From a virus (taxonomy: Duplodnaviria; Caudoviricetes): DNA of 64,000 nt. Position 1 is the stretch's first letter. Every line of letters begins with the position of its first letter. Shown here piece by piece: positions 1 to 8,982 of this stretch. The translations under genes were made by a program, and so were the position numbers. Below the pieces are notes generated by a model that did not search any database, had not been told where the DNA came from, and saw only the letters and a program-made list of their open reading frames with translations. The stretch spans positions 20,013 through 84,012 of the IMG/VR virus record IMGVR_UViG_3300037466_002336; one strand, given 5' to 3'.

Positions 1-60
1 GAGTCCGACGAGCTGACCGGCTTCTCGATCCAGGGTGTCGCGGTCGTGGAGAACGACTGA
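1..60 (+). CDS. C-terminal end of XkdF-like prohead protease (partial)
   Basis: Frame 1 reads ESDELTGFSIQGVAVVEND*; the ELTGFSIxG ending is typical of XkdF-family phage proteases; lies upstream of scaffold and capsid. Confidence 0.6.
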   Translation, partial: ESDELTGFSIQGVAVVEND

Positions 61-218
61 TGGCCGACACGCCGCTCATCGAGTTCCGTTGCCCGACGAC
101 GGGCTGCGGCAAGCTGCTGCTGAAGGTGTCGAGCGTCGACGGCATCGAAGTCGAGGTGCGGTGCCCGCGCTGTAAGAGCAACGTGACAGCGACGCTTCAG
201 GCGTCCGACGAGAGTTGA
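60..218 (+). CDS. Mu Com-like zinc-ribbon protein, 52 aa (not in ORF track)
   Basis: MADTPLIEFRCPTTGCGKLLLKV...IEVEVRCPRCKS matches the Com pattern (RC..C.KLL...EI.CPRCK); ATG overlaps the upstream TGA. Confidence 0.7.
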   Translation: MADTPLIEFRCPTTGCGKLLLKVSSVDGIEVEVRCPRCKSNVTATLQASDES

Positions 219-229
219 GGTAAAGAACG

Positions 230-643
230 ATGGCGAACCTCGTCTACGACAAGGCCCGCACCGAGATCCTGACGAACGGGCTGACCGGCAAGACCCTGAA
301 GGTCGCGCTGATCGACACCGGTGCGTACACCGTCGACCAGGCGGCGCACCAGTTCGTGTCGGACATTCCGGGTGCGGCGATCATCGCCCGCTCCGGCGCG
401 CTCGCGAACATCACGCTCGGCGTGCTCGCGACGGGAACCCTCGACGCGGACGACCCGACCATCGCCGCCGTGACCGGCAACACGGTCGAGGCGTATGTGG
501 TGTACGAGGACACCGGCGTCGACGGCACCAGCAAGCTGCTGTGCTACGTCGACGAGAGCGACGGGGCGGTGCCGATCTCGTTCACGCCGAACGGCTCGGA
601 CGTCGTCGTGACGTTCTCGGCCTCCGGCATCCTCGACATCTAG
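230..643 (+). CDS. Conserved phage hypothetical, probably virion structural protein
   Basis: 137 aa, GC3-rich codons, beta-rich, RBS GAGG upstream, in structural operon. Confidence 0.6.
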   Translation: MANLVYDKARTEILTNGLTGKTLKVALIDTGAYTVDQAAHQFVSDIPGAAIIARSGALANITLGVLATGTLDADDPTIAAVTGNTVEAYVVYEDTGVDGTSKLLCYVDESDGAVPISFTPNGSDVVVTFSASGILDI

Positions 644-657
644 CCGAGGGTGCAGGC

Positions 658-1260
658 GTGAGCCTGCTGGCGACCGCAGCGGACTTCGAGCAGGAGGGCG
701 GCCTCTATTGGCCGCCCTACTCTCGTTTCCCGTTCTTCCAGACCCGCGTTGACGAGCTGAAGCAGCGGTATGCCCCGGCCGGGCAACGGCTGCTCGTGGT
801 CGGCTGCGGGTACGGGTACCTCGTCGACGACTGCGTGGCGGCCGGATATGACGCGTACGGCATCGACGCGTCGGCGTACGCGATCGGGAAGGGACAGACG
901 TTGCTTCCCGGTATCGCGTCACGGCTGACGGTCGCGGACGCGTTGGACGCGGCAGCGTTGGACCAGGCAGCGAAGGGGTGGGGGTTGAAGGGCGGCACCC
1001 CGAAATGGACGCTGCTCATCACCGAGGACTGTTTGCCGTGCATGACGGACACGGAGGTGCAGACCGCGCTCACGAACCTGCGTGCCCGCTGCACAACGAA
1101 CCTTGCGCATGTGGTGACGTGCGGTGACCCGGCCGTGGACAAGGTCGACCCGCGCATCAACTGGAAGTCGGTAGACGGGTGGCGGACGGTGCTGTGCCCG
1201 CCGGACGTGGTCGCGGACTCCGAAACGGGACTGTGGTGGAACGCCACAGGGCAGGTGTAG
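658..1260 (+). CDS. Class I SAM-dependent methyltransferase
   Basis: LLVVGCGYG motif I, then AYGIDAS and VADALD; GTG start at 658 after GAGG. Confidence 0.75.
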   Translation: MSLLATAADFEQEGGLYWPPYSRFPFFQTRVDELKQRYAPAGQRLLVVGCGYGYLVDDCVAAGYDAYGIDASAYAIGKGQTLLPGIASRLTVADALDAAALDQAAKGWGLKGGTPKWTLLITEDCLPCMTDTEVQTALTNLRARCTTNLAHVVTCGDPAVDKVDPRINWKSVDGWRTVLCPPDVVADSETGLWWNATGQV

Positions 1261-1264
1261 AGCG

Positions 1265-4200
1265 ATGGCGACGGCGACGGCGGCGACGGCGATCGGCACG
1301 GGTACGTCGTGGGGCGGTGACGGCGCGTTCGGGCGTCGCGGCCCGTGGAAGGACTCGAGCGGCACCCTGTGGACGGCGATGTTCGTCGGCGCCACCGTGC
1401 AGGCGTTCAAGAGCACCGACAACGGGGCGACATGGACAGGTGACGGTGTCGGCACCCCTGCGGCCTCGTCCGCTGTCCTTGACGTCGTGTTCGACGGCGC
1501 CGGGCTGTGGGTTCTCACCGCGGACGCCAGCTTCGCTCTGAGCGTCGCGCATTTCGCTGGCGGGGCGTGGACGACGTATACGGGCGGCCCGACCGTGTCC
1601 CCGGACGGGAACAACGACTACCCGGCGATGATGGTGCGACGGCCGAACGGCGACCTTGTTGTGTTCTACCAGACGACGGCGAACGTGATGGGAAAGGCGT
1701 ACCGGCGCGCCTACTACGTCATCTTCTCGGGGGCGGCGTGGGGAACACCGGCCGAGGTCGACCCCGGCCCCGGCAACCAGACCAACTACGACGTGAGGAC
1801 GATGGTCCTCGGTGCCGCCGACCGCGTGCATTTCTTCTACCAAGCCTTCTCCGGTGCAAACAGCCGGTCGATGAGCGGCACGACGCTCGACACCGAGGTG
1901 ACGGCGGACATTTACGGCATCGCCTCAAGCAAGTACACCTCGTTCTACGACGCCACCCTCGGCGTGGTCGTCGTGGGACCCGTCGGAGGTCACCTCTCGC
2001 GCGCGCCGTCACAAGCGAGCCCTACGTTCGTCGCGGACGGAAACACCTACTCCGCCGGTAACAACGTCGGCGCACGGTTCGGGTTGGCGTACATGTCCGG
2101 TCTGCTGTACGCCTTCTACAGCACAACAGGCGACGTCGAGTCGACTAACAGCCCGAGCCCGAACGACTGGACGACGTATGCGCCGGACGTCCTCTTCAAC
2201 GGATATCCGCTCGGCGGTGTTGACGCGACCACATTCGACGCGTCAACCATCGGTGTTGTGTTCGAGGACACCGGCGCGCCCTACTACCTGGAGTTCTCGA
2301 CCGGGCCGCAGACCATCACGATCCAAGGCGGCATGTGCGCGGCGGCGGTGGTCGCGCACGGCGGCGCCGTCGACGGATCGGGTGTGGTGTATGTGACCGG
2401 CGGTGTGTCGTCGACCCCGGTGGTCGCTGACGGCGGGTCGGTGTTGCCGACGGGTGCGGCGATCATCTCCGGTGGTGCGGCGCACGCGCCTCCGGTTGCG
2501 TTCGGCGGGCAGCTTGCGGGCGGCCCGACCGACGTTTTCGGTGGCTGCGCGTTCGCGTCGGTTGCGCCGCGCGGCGGTTCGCTTGCGCCCGCGGGTGCTG
2601 TCGTGTTGGTCGGCGGCGTCGCGGGCGTAGCCGTGTCCGCGTTCGGCGGCACCGTGCGGCCGGGGGTCGCGACCATCGTCGGGGGGGCGGCGATCGCACC
2701 GGCGGCCGCGCACGGCGGGACTGTCGCGGCGTTCGGGGTGGTGCCGGTCGACGGTGGGGTGACGGACGCCCCGGCTGTGGCGCACGGCGCGACGGTCGCG
2801 CCTTCAGGGACGGCACCGGTTGCTGGCGGGGTCGCGTCCGCGCCGACGGCAGGGCACGGCGGGACGCTCACGCCCGCCGGTTCCGCCGTGTTGACGGGCG
2901 GGGTCGCGTCCGCCCCCGCCAACGCGGACGGGGGCACGCTGGCACCGGCCGGGCACACAGCCGTGCAGGGCGGCATGTGCGGTGCTGTCGCCGCCGTATA
3001 CGGCGGCTCCCTCACCGCGGCCGGGGTCGCGTCTTTCCAGGGCGGTGTGGCGCTCGCAGCGGTGCGCGCGAACGGTGGACAGCTCGGCGCCACCGGCGCC
3101 AACGAGATCCTCGGCGGGCAAGCTTCCGCGCCCGCCGCAGCGCACGGCGGCACGATGGCCGCGGCCGGAGCCGCCACGGTCACCGGAGGCGTCGCTTCCG
3201 CACCGGCCGCAGCGCACGGCGGAACCGTCGCTGCGACCGGCGCCGAGCAGATCGCAGGAGGTGTCGCGAACGCCCCCGCGACGACCCACGGCGGCACGCT
3301 CACAGCGTCAGGGGGCGCGGAGCTCGCAGGCGGCGAAACGTCCGTGCCGGTCGTTGCGCACGGCGGCACCGTCAGTTCCGCCGGTGCGGCGACGGTCGCC
3401 GGTGGTGTTGCCGCAGCAGCGGTCACAGGCCGGGGTGGGCAGCTCGCCGCGGCAGGCCACGCGACAGTGACGGGTGGCGCCGCCGCGGCGCCGACGGTCG
3501 CGCACGGCGGCGACATCTCGAGCGCGGGCGGCAGCGACATCGTCGGAGGGGTCGTCGGCGCGCCGGCAGCGGCGCACGGCGGGAAGCTGACCGCGGCGGG
3601 CGCAGCGACGGTCGCGGGCGGCAGCGTCGCCGCGCCGGTCACCGTCAACGGCGGCCAGCTCGTCCCCGGCCCCGTCACCGTCACCGGCGGAGCGGCACAC
3701 GGCCCGCAGCCGGTCGCGCACGGCGGCACCGTCGCTGTCGCGGGTGCAGCACCCGTCCACGGCGGCGAAACACTCGCGCCGGCCGTCGCGCACGGCGGCA
3801 CGCTCACCGGCGCCGGGATCGCGCACCTCGACGGGAGCGTTGTCGTCGTGTCGGTCGCAGCGTACGGCGGCGGCATGGCCGGTGTGGGGGCTGTCGACGT
3901 CGCCGGCGGCGGGACGGATGCGCCCGTCTCGGCGCATGGCGGCGTGCTGGCCCCGGCAGGTTCGACGGCGGTTACGGGCGGGACGGTCGACGCGCCGACG
4001 GTCGCGCGCGGCGGCGGGCTCACCGCGACAGGCACGGCACACGTCGACGGCGGACTGACGGACGCCGCGGTCGTCGGGCACGGCGGCACGCTCGACGGTG
4101 CAGGCCAGGTGCCGCTCCCCGCCGGGTCCGTGACAGCGCCGGTCGTCGCGGGCGGCGGCATGGTGCTCGAGCTGGTCCCGGTCGGGGAAGCGTCCGTCGT

Positions 4201-4336
4201 CACAGAGGCAGACACCGCCGCCGTGCGGGTGTTCGCCGCGACGGTGACGGCGGACACGCTCGCGGACACGGCGACCGTGCGGACGGTCGCGGATGCCACG
4301 GCGATCGTCAGCTACGCCGACGACGTCGTGGTCTAG
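1265..4336 (+). CDS. 1023-aa putative virion fibre: N-terminal Asp-box/beta-propeller-like domain plus Gly/Ala/Val/Thr repeat shaft
   Basis: FKSTDNGATW Asp-box; about 26 repeats of about 24 aa, GGxAxAPxxAHGGxLxxxG. Confidence 0.65.
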   Translation: MATATAATAIGTGTSWGGDGAFGRRGPWKDSSGTLWTAMFVGATVQAFKSTDNGATWTGDGVGTPAASSAVLDVVFDGAGLWVLTADASFALSVAHFAGGAWTTYTGGPTVSPDGNNDYPAMMVRRPNGDLVVFYQTTANVMGKAYRRAYYVIFSGAAWGTPAEVDPGPGNQTNYDVRTMVLGAADRVHFFYQAFSGANSRSMSGTTLDTEVTADIYGIASSKYTSFYDATLGVVVVGPVGGHLSRAPSQASPTFVADGNTYSAGNNVGARFGLAYMSGLLYAFYSTTGDVESTNSPSPNDWTTYAPDVLFNGYPLGGVDATTFDASTIGVVFEDTGAPYYLEFSTGPQTITIQGGMCAAAVVAHGGAVDGSGVVYVTGGVSSTPVVADGGSVLPTGAAIISGGAAHAPPVAFGGQLAGGPTDVFGGCAFASVAPRGGSLAPAGAVVLVGGVAGVAVSAFGGTVRPGVATIVGGAAIAPAAAHGGTVAAFGVVPVDGGVTDAPAVAHGATVAPSGTAPVAGGVASAPTAGHGGTLTPAGSAVLTGGVASAPANADGGTLAPAGHTAVQGGMCGAVAAVYGGSLTAAGVASFQGGVALAAVRANGGQLGATGANEILGGQASAPAAAHGGTMAAAGAATVTGGVASAPAAAHGGTVAATGAEQIAGGVANAPATTHGGTLTASGGAELAGGETSVPVVAHGGTVSSAGAATVAGGVAAAAVTGRGGQLAAAGHATVTGGAAAAPTVAHGGDISSAGGSDIVGGVVGAPAAAHGGKLTAAGAATVAGGSVAAPVTVNGGQLVPGPVTVTGGAAHGPQPVAHGGTVAVAGAAPVHGGETLAPAVAHGGTLTGAGIAHLDGSVVVVSVAAYGGGMAGVGAVDVAGGGTDAPVSAHGGVLAPAGSTAVTGGTVDAPTVARGGGLTATGTAHVDGGLTDAAVVGHGGTLDGAGQVPLPAGSVTAPVVAGGGMVLELVPVGEASVVTEADTAAVRVFAATVTADTLADTATVRTVADATAIVSYADDVVV
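2327..4166 (+). repeat. Degenerate ~72-bp (24-aa) coding tandem repeat, about 26 units
   Basis: Repeated GG...AHGG...G units such as GGVASAPAAAHGGTVAATGAEQIA. Confidence 0.85.
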
Positions 4337-4384
4337 GCTGGAAGCAGGCGCGCGAGGCACGCGCCACAAGACGAGGTAGTGGAG

Positions 4385-4699
4385 ATGGCTGAGCAATACA
4401 CCCTCGGCACCGCGGTGTGGTTCGAGGCCACGTTCAAGTCGAAGGACACCGGTGCGGTCGCCGACCCGTCGGAGGTGACGGTGCGGGTATGGCAGGACGG
4501 TGACGCCGCCGCCGACGTGCAGACGTCCACCTACGACGGCGGACTCGGCCAGGTTGTGCGGGAAGCGACCGGGGTGTACCGGCTGCGCACGATGCCGACG
4601 AAGCCGGGGCGTGTGTACGCCGAGTTCGTCGGTGACGGCGCCGTCGAAGCAGCCGCCGTCGAGTACGCGATCATCATCGACACCGGGGTGCCGTCGTGA
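4385..4699 (+). CDS. Hypothetical beta-rich structural protein
   Basis: 104 aa, strong RBS GAGGTAGTGGAG, good codon bias. Confidence 0.6.
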   Translation: MAEQYTLGTAVWFEATFKSKDTGAVADPSEVTVRVWQDGDAAADVQTSTYDGGLGQVVREATGVYRLRTMPTKPGRVYAEFVGDGAVEAAAVEYAIIIDTGVPS

Positions 4700-5010
4700 G
4701 CCGCTGGTTCGTCGACACGTTCGGTAACGGCGACGCGAAGCAGGCGTTGTCGAACCTGTATTGGGGGCTGTGGGTCGGCGTGATGTTCCTGGTGCCGGAG
4801 CTGCTTGCGGCAACCCACACGGTCCCGATGTACACGCTGTCGCGCACAAGCTGGAACGACGAGGTCACGTACTCGTGGCTGCGCACGCTGATCGCCGGGT
4901 TCCTGTTGGGGCTGATCGTGCACATCAGGTTCGCGACGCCGCTCGGGAAGGCGGAGCTTGGCGGCGTCGGGATCGCGCTGCTCGCGCATCTGACGTGGGC
5001 GGCGTTGTAA
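4696..5010 (+). CDS. Small membrane protein
   Basis: Three hydrophobic segments; GTGA overlap with upstream gene. Confidence 0.55.
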   Translation: MSRWFVDTFGNGDAKQALSNLYWGLWVGVMFLVPELLAATHTVPMYTLSRTSWNDEVTYSWLRTLIAGFLLGLIVHIRFATPLGKAELGGVGIALLAHLTWAAL

Positions 5011-5062
5011 CACTTCCGACAGTCGTGGTGTAATAGGCAAGTAGCACGTTGTAGTGAGTGCC

Positions 5063-5097
5063 TGAACGCCGGAGCGTCCTTGAACGCCGGAGCGTCC
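5063..5097 (+). repeat. Tandem 17-bp direct repeat TGAACGCCGGAGCGTCC x2
   Basis: Copies at 5063-5079 and 5081-5097, upstream of scaffold gene. Confidence 0.9.
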
Positions 5098-5131
5098 GAG
5101 TACCGGATGCAACCGAGCAGAGGTGTGACAG

Positions 5132-5767
5132 ATGGGACGCATGAGGCAGATGAGCATCGAGCGGGTCGACGCCGTGGACGAACCGGCCACGGGTCACCGT
5201 TGGGTCATCGCCAAGCGGTCGAAGCAGACCACGAAGGCGCAGAGCGAGGCGGCCGACAAGGACGCGCTTGCGAAGGCGGCCATCGAGGAGCTGCTCAAGG
5301 ACACGGACCTCGACGTCAGCGAGGACGCGGCTGCTGCGCTGTCCGCGCTCGCCGACGCGCACGGTCTGACGTTCACGCTCGCGAAGGACGACGAGGACGA
5401 GCCGGAAGCCGACAACGGCGACGGCGACGAGTCCGACGAGTCCGACGAGAGCGACGCGGACGACGCCGACGCCGACGAGCAGGACGGCGAAGGCGACGAC
5501 GAGCAGAACGACGCCGACGAGGGCGACAGCGACGACGAGGACAACGACCTCGCGAAGCGCATCGGCACTCTCGAGAAGGCCGTCGAGCTGCTCATCGAGA
5601 GGTTCGACGACAAGCCGGGCGACCGGCCGAAGGTCGAGCCGACGCTGAAGGCGCGCCGCCGGCGCACCTCCAAGCAGGTGACCGGCCAGGACAACCTCGA
5701 CGGCGGCGAGCCGCTCGCGAAGTCAGACGGCCGCGTCTCCTACGAGAACGTCGTGTTCGGCCAGTAG
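5132..5767 (+). CDS. Capsid scaffolding protein with acidic linker
   Basis: Directly precedes the major capsid gene; long D/E tract; N-terminal IERVDAVDEPA segment resembles the XkdF-type N-terminus. Confidence 0.6.
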   Translation: MGRMRQMSIERVDAVDEPATGHRWVIAKRSKQTTKAQSEAADKDALAKAAIEELLKDTDLDVSEDAAAALSALADAHGLTFTLAKDDEDEPEADNGDGDESDESDESDADDADADEQDGEGDDEQNDADEGDSDDEDNDLAKRIGTLEKAVELLIERFDDKPGDRPKVEPTLKARRRRTSKQVTGQDNLDGGEPLAKSDGRVSYENVVFGQ

Positions 5768-5786
5768 GCCGCACACACCACCGCAA

Positions 5787-5797
5787 GCACTAGAGGC
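5787..5797 (+). promoter_or_regulatory. Start-associated motif GCACTAGAGGC (copy 1, before capsid)
   Basis: Exact 11-mer, intergenic, 14 nt before ATG. Confidence 0.75.
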
Positions 5798-5811
5798 ACG
5801 AGGTACTCACA

Positions 5812-6786
5812 ATGGCAACGAGGCTCACGGACTTCATCGCGAAGGCCGCCGGCGATCCGATGACCGCCGACGCCCTCGCGACGAACGGTGGTCTGCTCTC
5901 GAACGAGCAGGCCCGGCAGTTCCTCCGCGACGCGATCGAGGCGTCGGTCATCCTGAAGGCGGCCGACAGCTTCGACTCGAAGTCGCCGAAGTTCGACGTT
6001 CCGGCCCTGGCGTTCGGCAACCGCATCATGCGGGCGACCGCCGCGGGCATGCGCGTCGACGCGGCGAACCGCGTCGCCCCGACGACCGGCGAGGTCACGC
6101 TGTCGACCGAGCTGTTCAAGGGCGAGGTCCCGATCGCGCAGGACGTGTTCGAGGACAACATCGAGGGCGCAGAGCTCGCCAACACGATCATGCAGATGAT
6201 CGCGGAGGCGGTCGGGCGCGACCTCGAGGAGATCGCGATCAAGTCGGACACGACGTCGACCGATCCGGACTTCGCGAAGCTCGCGGGCGGCGGGATCATC
6301 TCGCAGCTCATCACGGCGAACGAGAACCTGTACGACGCGACGGGCAAGACGTCGTACAAGGCGATGTTCAAGGGCATGGTCGGGGCGCTGCCGACGCGCT
6401 ACCGCCGCGACTGGTCCTCGTTCGTGCTGTACGTCACCCCGCACGTCGCGGACGGGTATGCCGACGAGCTCGGCGACCGCGCGACGCAGCTCGGCGACGC
6501 GAACACGGACGGCAAGCCGGTGCAGCGGTACCGCGGCATCCCGGTGATCGAGGTTCCGCTTCTGAGCGGCACCGACACCTGGGGCGCCACGTCGCACGAC
6601 TTCTCGACGTACGCGGTGCTGTGCAACCCGAAGAACCTGAAGATCGGGTTCCACCGCCGGGTCGAGGTCGAGAGGTACCGCGAGCCGCTGTCCAACGCGA
6701 CGTCGTTCCTGCCGCGCGTGCGGTACGACGCCCGGTGGGCTCAGGTCTCGTCGGTCGTCCTCGGCGAGAACGTCCCGGCGCTCTAG
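5812..6786 (+). CDS. Major capsid protein (HK97 fold, XkdG/P2-like type)
   Basis: 324 aa; GGLLSNEQARQFL, FEDNIEG...MIAEAVGRDLEE, YRGIPV motifs; position in head module. Confidence 0.85.
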   Translation: MATRLTDFIAKAAGDPMTADALATNGGLLSNEQARQFLRDAIEASVILKAADSFDSKSPKFDVPALAFGNRIMRATAAGMRVDAANRVAPTTGEVTLSTELFKGEVPIAQDVFEDNIEGAELANTIMQMIAEAVGRDLEEIAIKSDTTSTDPDFAKLAGGGIISQLITANENLYDATGKTSYKAMFKGMVGALPTRYRRDWSSFVLYVTPHVADGYADELGDRATQLGDANTDGKPVQRYRGIPVIEVPLLSGTDTWGATSHDFSTYAVLCNPKNLKIGFHRRVEVERYREPLSNATSFLPRVRYDARWAQVSSVVLGENVPAL

Positions 6787-6820
6787 CCCTGGGTCGGACC
6801 CTTAGACCGGAGGTAGAGCA

Positions 6821-7087
6821 ATGGGCTTCGAGAAGCTGAGCGCGTTCGTCGGTACGGGCGTCGAGATCAAGCGGGCGTTCGTGGCGGGTGCCGCCGCGAA
6901 CACCGAGCTCGCCGTCGCCGGGCTGTCGCTGCGCGCGGAGCTGCTGTCGGTCGTCGAGTGGGCTGCGGGTGCCCCCACCGACCGCACGGGCGTCGCGTCC
7001 GTGTCGTCGGCCGGGCACGTGAAGGTCAACGACGACACGACCGGCAACACGGTCGAGGTTCTCTACGCGCAGCCGTTCGGCGCGTAG
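6821..7087 (+). CDS. Small virion protein, possible head decoration
   Basis: 88 aa immediately after the capsid gene, strong RBS. Confidence 0.5.
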   Translation: MGFEKLSAFVGTGVEIKRAFVAGAAANTELAVAGLSLRAELLSVVEWAAGAPTDRTGVASVSSAGHVKVNDDTTGNTVEVLYAQPFGA

Positions 7088-7101
7088 GAACACCTGATCA
7101 A

Positions 7102-7146
7102 ACGAAGGGGCGGCCCGGCTCGTTGAGGGCCGCGCCGCCCCTTCGT
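7102..7146 (+). terminator. Hairpin terminator candidate
   Basis: 13-bp perfect stem ACGAAGGGGCGGC/GCCGCCCCTTCGT. Confidence 0.65.
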
Positions 7147-7165
7147 CGTCTTAGAGAGGGGTGCC

Positions 7166-7792
7166 GTGCTCGTTGAACTTGAGGACGTGAAGCGCAAGAT
7201 CGGGGTGCCGGTCGGTGACGAGTCGAACGACCTGCTGATCGGTTCGGCGTTGGCGAGCGCGAACCAGCGGGTGCTTGACCGTTGCGGCTACTCGGAGGCG
7301 GCGCTGACAGCCCACGTCGAGGTGAAGTCGAACCAGCGGAACGACCGCACCTACCTCACCGACTTGCGGCCGGTGGCGAACCTGGTGGTGGAAGGCCGCC
7401 CGGAGTACGTCACCGACTTCTACGAGCTGTGGGTCAGCCTTGACGACCCGGCGAACGGTGTCGTGACGTTGATCGGAGCGACCGATTTCGCGTGGCTTGC
7501 GTTGCGGGAGGCGCACGGGTACGGGGAGCGGCTGTACACGTGGCCGGTCGTCCGGTACACGTACGACGTCGCGGCGGTAGCGGACGCGGTGACCGCCGAC
7601 GAGTACAAGGCGTTGCAGGACGCCGTGTCGAGCTTGACGGCGTGGCTGTTGACGCAGCAGCTCGCGCGCGGCACAACCGAGCAGCAGATCAACCGGATTC
7701 GCCAGGTGTTGTCGCAGAAGTCGGAGCCGTCGTGGCTGTGGACGCCGCTCGCAAGGCACTTCCGTGACGGCGAGCGCGCCGAATGGGTCTGA
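7166..7792 (+). CDS. Head-tail adaptor
   Basis: Starts LVELEDVKRKIG..DDLLI..AL; first gene of neck module. Confidence 0.7.
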   Translation: MLVELEDVKRKIGVPVGDESNDLLIGSALASANQRVLDRCGYSEAALTAHVEVKSNQRNDRTYLTDLRPVANLVVEGRPEYVTDFYELWVSLDDPANGVVTLIGATDFAWLALREAHGYGERLYTWPVVRYTYDVAAVADAVTADEYKALQDAVSSLTAWLLTQQLARGTTEQQINRIRQVLSQKSEPSWLWTPLARHFRDGERAEWV

Positions 7793-8124
7793 ACATCTCT
7801 ACGTCGCCGCTCGGGTTCCCGGGCAGCCAGCAGCTCACGGTGTTGGCGGTTACGCGCACGCAGACGGAGACGGGCGGCTGGACCGAAGTGTGGGATGAGG
7901 TCGGCACCGTCTACGGGTGGGTGACACAGCCCGCGAGGACTTCGATGATGGAGCGGGTGATGGGCGAGCAGCCCCTCGACGCTGAGATCGTCGAGATCAC
8001 CGCGAACGACACCGTCGGGATCGTCGGCAGCAACCGTGTCCGTGACGCCGCCGGCGTCACCTACGAGGTGGTCGGGGTGCAGCGGCAGATGGACGTTGTG
8101 GTGTTGGCGGGACGGAGGGTGTAG
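7783..8124 (+). CDS. Head-tail stopper / head closure protein
   Basis: RTQTETGGWTEVW and TYEVVGV patterns; synteny. Confidence 0.65.
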   Translation: MGLNISTSPLGFPGSQQLTVLAVTRTQTETGGWTEVWDEVGTVYGWVTQPARTSMMERVMGEQPLDAEIVEITANDTVGIVGSNRVRDAAGVTYEVVGVQRQMDVVVLAGRRV

Positions 8125-8126
8125 CC

Positions 8127-8510
8127 GTGTCGATGGCTGTCCGTGTCGAGCTGAAGAAGAACCTGATTCCCGGCTACCGGCGTCGCACGGCGGTGAGGTT
8201 GGCCGAGGCGGTCGAGTTGACGTTGCATGCGATCGAGCAGGACGTGAAGGGCGGCCCGCACTCGCTGTACCAGGCGTACCCTCCGGTGCCGTCGTATGAC
8301 CGCACCGGCACGCTCGGCCGCTCCTACCACGTCGAGTACCACGGCGGGTTCTCCGGGACGGTCGGCAGCGATCCTGGGTTGGCGCCGTACGCGGTGTACG
8401 TGGAGTACGGCACGTCGAAGATGGACGCGAAGCCGCATCTGAAGCCGTCGGCGGAAGCGCAACGGCTGCCGTTCCTAGCGCGCGTCCGTGCGGCGCTGCG
8501 GGGCCGGTGA
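8127..8510 (+). CDS. HK97 gp10-like neck protein
   Basis: APYAVYVEYGTSKMDAKPHLKPS motif. Confidence 0.85.
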   Translation: MSMAVRVELKKNLIPGYRRRTAVRLAEAVELTLHAIEQDVKGGPHSLYQAYPPVPSYDRTGTLGRSYHVEYHGGFSGTVGSDPGLAPYAVYVEYGTSKMDAKPHLKPSAEAQRLPFLARVRAALRGR

Positions 8511-8926
8511 TGCGCGAGCTGCGCGCACAGATCCTTGCGGCGTTGAAGGCCGACGCGAACGTGACCGGGCAGGCGACCGGCGGTGTGTGGGCGCGCCGGG
8601 CGCCGGAGGACAGCGTGTTCCCGTACGTCGTGTTCTTCCAGACGTCCGGGACGCTGATGTACACGTTCGCTCAACGGTCGACGCAGACGTTCACGTTCGT
8701 GGTGAAGGGTGTGACGGACGGCACCGACGACGGCCCGGCGTGCGACCTGGACGCAGCGATCGACGAGTGCCTGACCGACCGGCTGGACGGGGTCGAGCTC
8801 GCGAACGGCAAAGGCACGATCATCGAGTGCCGCCGCGAAGCCGACGTCGAGTACCCGGAGACGGCGCAGCCGGGCGTGTACCTGACGCACAAGGGCGGCT
8901 CGTACCGGGTGCGGGTCGCGTTCTAA
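8507..8926 (+). CDS. Tail terminator (DUF3168-like)
   Basis: APEDSVFPYVVF motif; synteny. Confidence 0.7.
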   Translation: MMRELRAQILAALKADANVTGQATGGVWARRAPEDSVFPYVVFFQTSGTLMYTFAQRSTQTFTFVVKGVTDGTDDGPACDLDAAIDECLTDRLDGVELANGKGTIIECRREADVEYPETAQPGVYLTHKGGSYRVRVAF

Positions 8927-8959
8927 GACGTCCGCGTTGCAAAGTACACTGATCTTGCA

Positions 8960-8970
8960 GCACTAGAGGC
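8960..8970 (+). promoter_or_regulatory. Start-associated motif GCACTAGAGGC (copy 2)
   Basis: Exact 11-mer, preceded by CGTTGCAAA-N11-TTGCA. Confidence 0.75.
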
Positions 8971-8982
8971 GAGGTACGAGGC

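Noticed and set aside
2284-4299. Long antisense and alternate-frame ORFs (e.g. 671 aa minus strand here, and many others across the window)
   Set aside because: Shadow ORFs of GC-rich coding DNA; low-complexity Arg/Pro/Ala translations overlapping well-supported genes
5063-5097. Direct repeat as a CRISPR remnant
   Set aside because: Only two units, 1-nt spacer, no cas genes; no CRISPR array seen anywhere in the window
5380-5550. GACGAC/GACGAG-rich low-complexity tract as a repeat element
   Set aside because: Explained by the acidic linker of the scaffold protein
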